11,787 nucleotides of DNA, taken from assembly GCA_964347045.1 (NCBI GenBank), contig CAYFXC010000013.1:46420-58206 (forward strand). Direction: 5' to 3'. This DNA comes from an uncultured archaeon. Its GTDB lineage: Archaea; Asgardarchaeota; Hermodarchaeia; Hermodarchaeales; Hermodarchaeaceae. Of the stretch, positions 1 through 7,129 are shown piece by piece. The notes below the pieces were generated by a model. That model did no database searches. It had not been told where the DNA came from and saw only the letters and a program-made list of their open reading frames with translations. The position numbers and the translations under genes were made by a program. Within the stretch, counting starts at the first letter, position 1. Each line of letters begins with the position of its first letter.

Positions 1-785
1 AGAAGTAAAACCAGCCCAACGATGAGGATGATCACGGCTACCACGCCGATGCCAAGACCAACCACTTCAATGGGAATGGGGGGAAGCGGCACCCCACCTG
101 TTGTTCCCCCTGTTGGCGTTGTTGTCCCGGTAGTCCCGGTAGTGGTTCTTGAAATTTCATCATAGACCCGGATGTTGTCAATGTATCCACCTTCGGTGAA
201 CCTGATGGCAAAATCAGATGAGGTATCAATGTGGGTTGATTGCCCTGATATTCGATGGGTGCCATCGATCCACACATTAAACTGTCCAGTGGCATCTCGG
301 GTCACCGTAACATCAAAGACGGTACCCAAGATGATAGTGACGGAATACGAGCCCATGCTGTTGCGGGTTCCTGATTCATGTCGGTATAACCGAATCCAGC
401 CATCGTTCGGATTGAACATGATGAGATAGCCCGTTCTTGGAAATGAGAGACCAACACCGCTAGTATCTGTAGCCATAAACGCCACAGCTCCACCCGCTAT
501 CGTATCGATGCAAATTGTAAAGCGCCATTCACCAACAGCAATGGTGCTCGGGTGGCATGCGTAGTTCCATACAGCTGTGCCAGATTCCATTCGAAGGACT
601 GTCGCTGAGAAGGAACCGTCTAACACGGTCCATCCGTCGTAGTTGCCGTCGTTGAAGTTATCTGACCAGACAGGAGTTTGCATTGCCCCAGCTGAGGGGA
701 ACCCCCGAAACAGGCTCAATAAGAGCAGGCAAAGGGTCATAACTGTAGACAATGAAATTATCCATTTCTTTTTCAAAGAAACCAT
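1..785 (-). CDS. Secreted/surface protein (signal peptide, probable beta-sandwich domain, Thr-rich linker, C-terminal TM anchor); runs off the left edge
   Basis: Not in the ORF track because it has no stop in the window. Hand translation from ATG 785 (RBS GGAGGA 794-799): MVSLKKKWIISLSTVMTLCLLLLSLF...WSDNFNDGNYDGWTV...FNVWIDG...IDNIRVYDEISRTTTGTTGTTTPTGGTTGGVPLPPIPIEVVGLGIGVVAVIILIVGLVLL. A ConA/LamG-like fold is inference. Confidence 0.85.
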   Translation of the reverse strand, partial: MVSLKKKWIISLSTVMTLCLLLLSLFRGFPSAGAMQTPVWSDNFNDGNYDGWTVLDGSFSATVLRMESGTAVWNYACHPSTIAVGEWRFTICIDTIAGGAVAFMATDTSGVGLSFPRTGYLIMFNPNDGWIRLYRHESGTRNSMGSYSVTIILGTVFDVTVTRDATGQFNVWIDGTHRISGQSTHIDTSSDFAIRFTEGGYIDNIRVYDEISRTTTGTTGTTTPTGGTTGGVPLPPIPIEVVGLGIGVVAVIILIVGLVLL

Positions 786-862
786 ATTCACATTCCTCCA
801 AGGGGTCACCCCTCCAATTTTGAGGATAACCCCCACCAGGTATCCGAAAATGGCATAAACTA

Positions 863-875
863 GGATATAAGCCCG
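863..875 (-). promoter_or_regulatory. Possible archaeal TATA box (TTATAT) for the ORF starting at 785
   Basis: The + strand reads ggatataagcccg. Similar contexts occur at 7028-7040 (ggatataacaccg) and 10669-10674 (atataa), each about 65-85 nt upstream of a minus-strand start. Confidence 0.35.
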
Positions 876-1013
876 TGTAACCACAAGAAGCATACAAAGT
901 ACGAAAACATGCCTTGAGCCCGCTCTTTTAGAAACCAACATGGTAGTAAACGGAAATCAGTTGATACATTCGAAAGAACCAACTGGTGTGCAATCAAGTC
1001 CATTGGAGCAAAA

Positions 1014-1982
1014 TTAGAATTCAACATGGTGATTGGATACTTGCACCCCTACCAACTCGGCTAGGCGAAGGTAGCCGGGGCCAACAAAAAATTTTTGCGG
1101 GCGCACAATTTCCGACCCCACTCGCTTGGCGAATTCCACCTTTTTCGTCTTGGTAGTAATGGCTTCAATCGTTTGGAGATCTTTTGCCGTACAAAAATGT
1201 ATTAAAGTGGGTCTGTTAGCGAACAACCAGGTATTCCAGTACTCAAATGGATTTTGTTCCATCACCCATTTAGTAACTTCCTGAGGAGACGCCTTCGTTT
1301 CATCAAAATCAATGTAGAGATTAAAAGGGATTACACCACCAGCACTCATCTTGGTAAAGATACTGAAATACAATCCACCCCCCTTTATGAGATCTCGAAG
1401 CACCTGTCGCACTCGTCGTGAAGTGAGATTAATCTCTTTGGCAATCTCTGTAGCAGGAATCCGCGCATCCTCTAATAAGTAACGGAGAACCTGCAATTGG
1501 GACGTGGTGAAGCTGACTTTATTACCCCGATAGGCATACTGAGAACCAAAGAGTAAGGGCGTGGGCGTTACCGGATATATGAAATCAATCACCACTTCCT
1601 TCACAGACATCAACCCCCGAAGGAAGCGTCCCAACTCAAACAGCCCCACTGGACCAACGACTTGCGCAAGCACAATGATTTTCCGAGGGTCAATCCGCAA
1701 GACTATTACCACCGAAGGGTGAGTGCCGATCAGATCGAAGAAGGCTTCATCCTGTTCCGTCCCATCCGTAGTCAATTCGGCAAGGCAATAGTCTGCATCC
1801 CTCATTGCTAAAGATAACAGCACATAGGGCCGACTCAGAAACCCTACCTCCCGGAGCAGGGTCACACGCTTTTTTACACTCGTCGCCGTCAACCCCAGTT
1901 TCTTTGCAATACCTCGATACGTTGCCCGACAATTAACATAGAGCTCAATCAAGATACCCTTATCCACCATATCCAGAACCAA
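1014..1982 (-). CDS. Tandem (double) Lrp/AsnC-type winged-helix transcriptional regulator
   Basis: Two HTH modules (DKGILIELYVNCRATYRGIAKKLGLTATSVKKRV and QLQVLRYLLEDARIPATEIAKEINLTSRRVRQVL), each followed by a RAM-like alpha/beta region. TTG start with GAGGGTG upstream. Confidence 0.85.
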   Translation of the reverse strand: MVLDMVDKGILIELYVNCRATYRGIAKKLGLTATSVKKRVTLLREVGFLSRPYVLLSLAMRDADYCLAELTTDGTEQDEAFFDLIGTHPSVVIVLRIDPRKIIVLAQVVGPVGLFELGRFLRGLMSVKEVVIDFIYPVTPTPLLFGSQYAYRGNKVSFTTSQLQVLRYLLEDARIPATEIAKEINLTSRRVRQVLRDLIKGGGLYFSIFTKMSAGGVIPFNLYIDFDETKASPQEVTKWVMEQNPFEYWNTWLFANRPTLIHFCTAKDLQTIEAITTKTKKVEFAKRVGSEIVRPQKFFVGPGYLRLAELVGVQVSNHHVEF

Positions 1983-2073
1983 TCAAAGCACCCTCGACGC
2001 CACCTACTATACTTCCAACTCCGTAAAATACCTCACGGAAAACTCCCCGCATCCCCACTCAACCACTAGACAT

Positions 2074-2105
2074 AAAAAAAGAGAGAAAAGGGAGGCAGGC
2101 CTCCC
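2074..2105 (-). terminator. Hairpin plus poly-T terminator after actin-tail copy A
   Basis: The minus strand reads GGGAGG-cctg-CCTCCC-ttttctctcttttttt. Confidence 0.7.
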
Positions 2106-2119
2106 AGAAGACCAAGCGT

Positions 2120-2176
2120 TTAGAAGCACCGATGGATAACTCCAGCACCCTGCTCCATGGATTCTTTCTTCGTCAA
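2120..2176 (-). repeat. Actin-like 3'-end remnant, copy A (LTKKESMEQGAGVIHRCF*)
   Basis: Hand translation, stop TAA at 2120-2122. The frame is closed upstream by a TGA near 2222, so it is not the end of a long gene. Confidence 0.8.
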
Positions 2177-2306
2177 CGAAATCGCGGCATCCTCTTTTTT
2201 CCGAATTAATACCTCATATTTTCAACTGGATGACAAGACTTCACGTATAAAAAGCGAAACTTATCCTAACCTAGCCCAGAGGGTTATCTAAGAACCAATT
2301 TGAACT

Positions 2307-3512
2307 TCAAACGCGAATTTCTTCACCTACCCTCAATTGATGATAGGTGGCCCCAAAGCTTTCGTGAAACATTCTGAAACTGAGTGGCGAACTATCATGT
2401 GGTGATAAGGCAACAATCTTCAGTTGTTGTTGTTTCAAAAGAGCAATATTAGCTTGCAATTCACTCTTTGTGATACGTTCCCATGGCAGTTTTCCTGTCC
2501 CAAAATACGAATAGGGGCTCATTCCTGCAATTTCAATTGGACCGCCTTCAACAGGGTAATGGAGTCCGCCAATTATACCATAAATCGGCTCATCAAATAG
2601 CGCTGCAGCCCGGTCAAGAAGTTTTGGTAAGCGCTGGTGCCCACACCCTACTATTAGTACAATGCCCTTATTTTCCACATTAACTGCTAGTGCCTGTTCG
2701 TATTCTATCCCGGAACTTAAGAAAAACATCGCATTCGCTATGCTCCCAATGGTCGCAACACCTGTTCCGACTACTATTGGGTCTTTTGCATGAATTGGCT
2801 CTATTCCAGGATACTTCATCGGCACAGGAGTGTACACTGTGATATGTGATAAGTCAAGTTGTGTGCCACTCAGTGAAAACGTCATCTTTTCTGTCCATTT
2901 GATTCCCCCAGTATGATCCCCATGATTGTGCGAAATCACAATCGTATCAATGCTACTAACTTTGACACCCAACTGCTTCATATTCTGTAAGAGTGGCGAC
3001 GGGTCTTCCTGCAGTGGATTCAATCCCAAATCAAACAAAATCGTGTTCTCATCCGTCTGGATCAGATACGACACACCAAGTTCCTTCTTCAAATTGTCCC
3101 GACTTGTATGCCAATCAATCAACGGTAAAATCGACAGATGCTCAGTTGTGCCGATATCTGTTAACTTGGAGTACGTGCTCTGCTCCCATTCCTTCAATGC
3201 CAGCCGTTCCCCCTGGTGAAACTTCTTCAATTCTTTCTTAAGCTTCTTATCTTCAAATAAATACCGAAGGGTAACCTTAACTCCGATTTTAAAAAAGGGT
3301 GCCAAAAACTCTTCAATGACCGCTCGTGGAGGAATAATTGTTTCACCCAGTTCAAAGACGACACAACTAGTGATACCATGGACCGGTTCAGGCATCGACG
3401 ACGGAGGAACAATGAATTTGATCTCTTTCCTCGTAGAAACGCGCTCCTTCCACGAGTTAATATAATCTTCCAACTCTGCTGGAGGAACTTCAACCAACGC
3501 GATATACCGCAT
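2307..3512 (-). CDS. MBL-fold metallo-hydrolase (DHPS-like/MJ0301-type subgroup) with an N-terminal extension
   Basis: GVSYLI...ILFDLG, ISHNHGDHTGG (HxHxDH), EQAL, GCGH, IIGGLH and PHD motifs. Confidence 0.85.
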   Translation of the reverse strand: MRYIALVEVPPAELEDYINSWKERVSTRKEIKFIVPPSSMPEPVHGITSCVVFELGETIIPPRAVIEEFLAPFFKIGVKVTLRYLFEDKKLKKELKKFHQGERLALKEWEQSTYSKLTDIGTTEHLSILPLIDWHTSRDNLKKELGVSYLIQTDENTILFDLGLNPLQEDPSPLLQNMKQLGVKVSSIDTIVISHNHGDHTGGIKWTEKMTFSLSGTQLDLSHITVYTPVPMKYPGIEPIHAKDPIVVGTGVATIGSIANAMFFLSSGIEYEQALAVNVENKGIVLIVGCGHQRLPKLLDRAAALFDEPIYGIIGGLHYPVEGGPIEIAGMSPYSYFGTGKLPWERITKSELQANIALLKQQQLKIVALSPHDSSPLSFRMFHESFGATYHQLRVGEEIRV

Positions 3513-3687
3513 AACTCATCCCAGTAAGATGTTACCACGGTGGATAAAAAAAATTCCAGCTCCAAAACAGTTCGTTCGCTTCTACACCAACGGAGTAACT
3601 ATCACCTACTTTTCATTTAAAGATATGAAAAGCTCAAAAAAGAGAGAAAGAAGGAGACACCTCTTTAGAAAAAGAAAAAACAGCCTC

Positions 3688-3746
3688 TTACAAGCATCGA
3701 TGAAAAACGCTAGTGCCCTGCCCAGATATTCCTTTTTTATAGACAC
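3688..3746 (-). repeat. Actin-like 3'-end remnant, copy B (VSIKKEYL/fs/QGTSVFHRCL*)
   Basis: The minus strand reads gtg tct ata aaa aag gaa tat ctg g-g cag ggc act agc gtt ttt cat cga tgc ttg taa, with a 1-nt deletion in the Glu codon. An imperfect hairpin and ctctctttttt follow at 3636-3666. Confidence 0.75.
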
Positions 3747-3799
3747 GGGTTTGATTCATAAGGTAAAATTGAAAAGTAATGTGAACAGAGGTTGGATTT

Positions 3800-4060
3800 A
3801 TGTCCGAACAAGCAATAAAAACACCGGTTGGAAAGGTCACTAACTATTACTCAAAAATCAATGTAGCCGTCATTGAATTATCCGCCCCTTTGAAAAAGGG
3901 TGAGGAAATCGCCATAAAGGGCGCAACTACGGACTTCACGCAAACAGTGGAATCCATGCAAATTGAACGCGAAGCCATTGAATCCGCACAATCTGGTCAG
4001 GCTATCGGTTTAAAAGTCAAGGATCGGGTTCGGATAGGCGATACCGTTTATCGGATATAG
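3800..4060 (+). CDS. Small beta-barrel protein (U32 peptidase C-terminal domain / translation-factor domain II-like)
   Basis: VGKVTNYYSKINVAVIEL...LKKGEEIAIKG.TTDFTQTVESMQIE...A..GQ.IGLKV..RVR.GD.VY pattern, with a GAGGT RBS. Confidence 0.8.
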   Translation: MSEQAIKTPVGKVTNYYSKINVAVIELSAPLKKGEEIAIKGATTDFTQTVESMQIEREAIESAQSGQAIGLKVKDRVRIGDTVYRI

Positions 4061-4088
4061 TGAAATTAACTTATTGGAGGAACCTTTC

Positions 4089-4607
4089 ATGGATGCCCTT
4101 GAAGCCATCATCACTCGTACATCAATCCGTAATTTCACCAGCGACCCTGTTTCAGATGAGCAAATCGAAACGCTATTAAAAGCCATGATTGCGGCGCCCA
4201 GTGGAGGCAACAAGCAACCGTGGCGCATCTTCGTGATCCGAAACACTACTATCAAACACCAATTAGCCAAAGGAGCCGGGAACCAAGATTTTGTCGCAAA
4301 GGCACCAGTCGTTTTCGTTGTTTGCCGCGTGCCAGATGAATCCGGTGAGCGCTATGGCAACCGTGGTCGCAATCTCTACTCCATCCAAGACACCGCGGCA
4401 ATGACGCAAAACCTACTCCTTGCCGCACATGCAATAGGATTGGGAGGATGCTGGGTGGGAGCGTTCAAAGAAGCCGCCATTGCTATGGCTATCAATACCC
4501 CGATTAGCGTCATCCCCGTTGCCATCATCCCCATCGGAAAACCTGCAATTCCCAGAACACCCCGAGGTCGAAGACCATTGGACCAGATAGTCCAATTTCT
4601 CGATTAA
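4089..4607 (+). CDS. Nitroreductase family flavoprotein
   Basis: RTSIRNF, APSGGNKQPW and QNLLLAAHAIGLGGCWVG motifs. Start moved to ATG 4089 because GGAGG at 4076-4080 is the likely RBS. Confidence 0.92.
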   Translation: MDALEAIITRTSIRNFTSDPVSDEQIETLLKAMIAAPSGGNKQPWRIFVIRNTTIKHQLAKGAGNQDFVAKAPVVFVVCRVPDESGERYGNRGRNLYSIQDTAAMTQNLLLAAHAIGLGGCWVGAFKEAAIAMAINTPISVIPVAIIPIGKPAIPRTPRGRRPLDQIVQFLD

Positions 4608-4972
4608 CATTAGATAACTACCACAGCCTGCCTCCCATGTTCTCTCATTCCAACTTGGTGTGCTGGCCCTACCTATTACGTTAATACACTCATGTCGACT
4701 CTCGTTACAAGAATAAACGACATCCCTATGCCCCTGAAGAAAAACACCAGAAACCCCAACAGGGGCTCATAAATTAAACCTGAACTAAACATATGGTCCA
4801 TTGCATCACGAATGGCAATTTCGGCATTAACAATTCTATGAAAATAAGACAAGCATATGTAGAAACCCATCCTCTCATTAAACGAAGAACTTTTTTTGCC
4901 AATTGGCTACTACCTCCTTCTTGGCCAGCGCCAATACAAATCCACCTTTCGCACAAAGGAGGACGCTCTAGT

Positions 4973-5779
4973 ATGGATGAATATTATGAAGCGAACAAAC
5001 GCCGATGGAACGAGCTGGTAGAGATTCATGCCAATTCAGCAGAATACGATTTGGACGGATTCTTAGCCGGAAATACAAGCCTTCACCAAGTGGAACTCAA
5101 CGCCCTGGGCGATGTTACAGACAAGAGCCTGCTACACCTGCAATGCCACTTTGGACTCGATACCCTCAGTTGGGCCCGGTTGGGTGCTAAGGTGACAGGT
5201 GTCGACTTCAGCGAGACTGCAATTGAACTAGCCAAAAAACTGGCTAAACGAGTTGGTCAAGAGGCGACCTTCATTTGCTGCAACCTCTATGATCTCCCAA
5301 ACATCCATACGGACCAATACGACATCGTCTTCACCAGCTTTGGCGTCCTCTGCTGGCTCCAGGATGTTGATACTTGGGGGCGTATCATCGCCCAGTACCT
5401 GAATCCAAGGGGCATCTTCCTTCTAGTAGAATCCCATCCCATCGTACACATTTTCGACGACGACCACCCCACGCAACTGAAAATCAAATACCCCTATTGG
5501 CACACGACCGAACCGCTAAGCTACGATTTCGATGGCACCTACGTTGAGAGCGCCCAGAAACTCACCAATACTCGTGGCTACGAATGGCACCACACCATCA
5601 GCGACATCCTCAATGCCCTACTACGCGCTGGGCTAACTATCCTTGAAATCCACGAATACCCTCACCTTCCCTGGAAACCCTTCCCCTTTGCACAAAAAAC
5701 CCACAAAGAAGAATGGCGACTAGATGGTGACCCCCTACCATTATGCTGGAGCATAAAAGCTACCCAACAAGACAGATAA
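4973..5779 (+). CDS. Class I SAM-dependent methyltransferase
   Basis: LLHLQCHFGLDTLSWARLGAKVTGVDFS motif I/II and YDIVFTSFGVLCWL. The likely start is MDEYYEAN at 4973, after GGAGGA. Confidence 0.9.
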   Translation: MDEYYEANKRRWNELVEIHANSAEYDLDGFLAGNTSLHQVELNALGDVTDKSLLHLQCHFGLDTLSWARLGAKVTGVDFSETAIELAKKLAKRVGQEATFICCNLYDLPNIHTDQYDIVFTSFGVLCWLQDVDTWGRIIAQYLNPRGIFLLVESHPIVHIFDDDHPTQLKIKYPYWHTTEPLSYDFDGTYVESAQKLTNTRGYEWHHTISDILNALLRAGLTILEIHEYPHLPWKPFPFAQKTHKEEWRLDGDPLPLCWSIKATQQDR

Positions 5780-5832
5780 AACGCAAAACAGAAAAGATAG
5801 ACATTAACCTCTAAGGGAACAACCAAGACCCA

Positions 5833-5939
5833 TTAGAAGAACCAATGGATAACGCTAGCACCCTGCTCCCCATATTCCTTCCAGCTTACACCAATGGCTT
5901 TTTAAAAGAAATAAAAATGCGAATGCTATTATGAATCCA
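5833..5939 (-). repeat. Actin-like 3'-end remnant, copy D (longest): WIHNSI...F../fs/..VSWKEYGEQGASVIHWFF*
   Basis: Stop at 5833-5835 and KEYGEQGASVIH at 5845-5880. A WIxxSI motif in another frame starts 62 nt upstream of the KEY Glu codon (63 nt expected from actin WIGGSI). There is an in-frame stop at 5902-5904. Confidence 0.8.
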
Positions 5940-5959
5940 AGTATTGTCGGTGAAACCTA

Positions 5960-6355
5960 ATGAAGCAAAGTAAAGGAAGAATAACACGTCTTTGGCTCGG
6001 TATGGTCGAAGTATCAAATTTAGACCAAGCACTCCAATTTTACCATGAGGTTCTTGGCCTACCGATTGCACTCGACGCCAGAATGTTTGACCATGCCGAA
6101 GTTGGCCCCGAAGAACCGTTAGCAAAAATCGGGATACACGCCACGGGCAAAAAGGTAGAAAAAATACGCCCAACTGGCCTTGTCTTCGATACAGATGACA
6201 TCAACGCCCTTTACGAAAGGCTAACCCTACACAGAGTAAAATTCACCATGAAACCAACCAAAATGCCATGGGGAGGCATCTCCGCAAAATTCCTTGACCC
6301 TGACAACAACGAGTTCGAGGTTGTGCAAGACCCCAATCATTACTCACGAAAATAA
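5960..6355 (+). CDS. VOC (glyoxalase/bleomycin-resistance) family protein
   Basis: VSNLDQALQFYHEVLGL ... FDTDDI ... MPWGG...FLDPDNNEFEV motifs. Confidence 0.9.
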   Translation: MKQSKGRITRLWLGMVEVSNLDQALQFYHEVLGLPIALDARMFDHAEVGPEEPLAKIGIHATGKKVEKIRPTGLVFDTDDINALYERLTLHRVKFTMKPTKMPWGGISAKFLDPDNNEFEVVQDPNHYSRK

Positions 6356-6362
6356 AATCACC

Positions 6363-6393
6363 AAAAAAGAGAGAGGAGGTGTTTTCCACCTCC
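6363..6393 (-). terminator. Hairpin plus poly-T terminator between convergent genes
   Basis: The minus strand reads AGGAGGTG-gaaaa-CACCTCCT-ctctctttttt, the same style as the terminator after copy A. Confidence 0.7.
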
Positions 6394-6414
6394 TTCATTT
6401 GACTGAGAAAATGG

Positions 6415-6963
6415 TTACAGCCAATTAGGCGGAACCCACTCAATATCTCCTTCAAAGATTTCATCCGGTATGGGATCTGGATTATCCCATCCAAAGGCGA
6501 TGTCGTAGTGACCAACAGCTTGCGGGGGAATATAGTAGCGAAATATAATGTAGTAAAAGATTATTCCGTCACCCCAATCTTCACAGATGATTTCGTCGAA
6601 CCGCCAACAATCGGCCATATTAATTTCCTCACCATTAAAGAAGAATTCGAGATCCCAGGCTTCGAGGAATATGATTTCAGCTACAATTCTTTGCTCGAGT
6701 TCACTTTCATGGACAATGTCAGCCCAGCCGAAGCCAATCGTCAGCCATGTCCCAACCTTTATTTGCCCGCTAAAGAGCTCAGGAACCCAAGGTACATAGT
6801 AGTAACCTCGCGTGAACAAGAAAGGCTCATTAGAATGAATATTCGCATTGATCTTTTGGATTCCGTGTCCGTTGGGGAACGTCGCAATGGTCTGTGGAAT
6901 TAATGCGAATACTAGTACACTGGCAAAAAGGAGTAGAGGAAGAATAGCTTTACTTCTTTGCAT
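6415..6963 (-). CDS. Secreted hypothetical protein (acidic, aromatic-rich)
   Basis: ATG 6963 follows GGAGGG (6974-6979). Signal-peptide-like MQRSKAILPLLLFASVLVFALIPQTIA. No family recognised. Confidence 0.75.
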   Translation of the reverse strand: MQRSKAILPLLLFASVLVFALIPQTIATFPNGHGIQKINANIHSNEPFLFTRGYYYVPWVPELFSGQIKVGTWLTIGFGWADIVHESELEQRIVAEIIFLEAWDLEFFFNGEEINMADCWRFDEIICEDWGDGIIFYYIIFRYYIPPQAVGHYDIAFGWDNPDPIPDEIFEGDIEWVPPNWL

Positions 6964-7088
6964 TATAGACCTACCCTCCACATTTATTCGCTGATTTCTC
7001 AGCGATCACCCAGAATAAATGCCGGTGGGATATAACACCGCTATCAAATTCACCATGATAACACTATCTAAAAAAACAAAAGGTCACA

Positions 7089-7129
7089 TTCGAAGGCACC
7101 GGTGAATCACGCCAGCGCCTTAACATATT
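7089..7129 (-). repeat. Actin-like 3'-end remnant, copy E (*GAGVIHRC/fs/F)
   Basis: The minus strand reads taa ggc gct ggc gtg att cac cgg tgc c ttc gaa: Gln codon mutated to TAA, a 1-nt insertion and a lost stop. A poly-T tract follows at about 7070-7076. It lies directly after the protease stop codon. Confidence 0.75.

Noticed and set aside
38-897. Short track ORFs 38..295, 172..429, 302..493, 643..858 and 658..897
   Set aside because: They are shadows of the real minus-strand gene <1..785.
3529-3843. 104-aa plus-strand ORF
   Set aside because: It runs through a terminator-like A-rich tract and antisense to tail B, has low-complexity Lys/Arg content and overlaps the next gene.
4676-4870. 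64-aa hydrophobic minus-strand ORF
   Set aside because: It has a weak RBS and could be a small or decayed membrane-protein gene, but there is no recognisable motif to support a call.
4793-4972. 60-aa N-terminal extension of the methyltransferase
   Set aside because: The RBS and the family-like N-terminus point to ATG 4973.
5886-6173. 95-aa minus-strand ORF
   Set aside because: It is mostly antisense to the VOC gene. Only its last codons (WIHNSI...) are informative, as part of remnant D.
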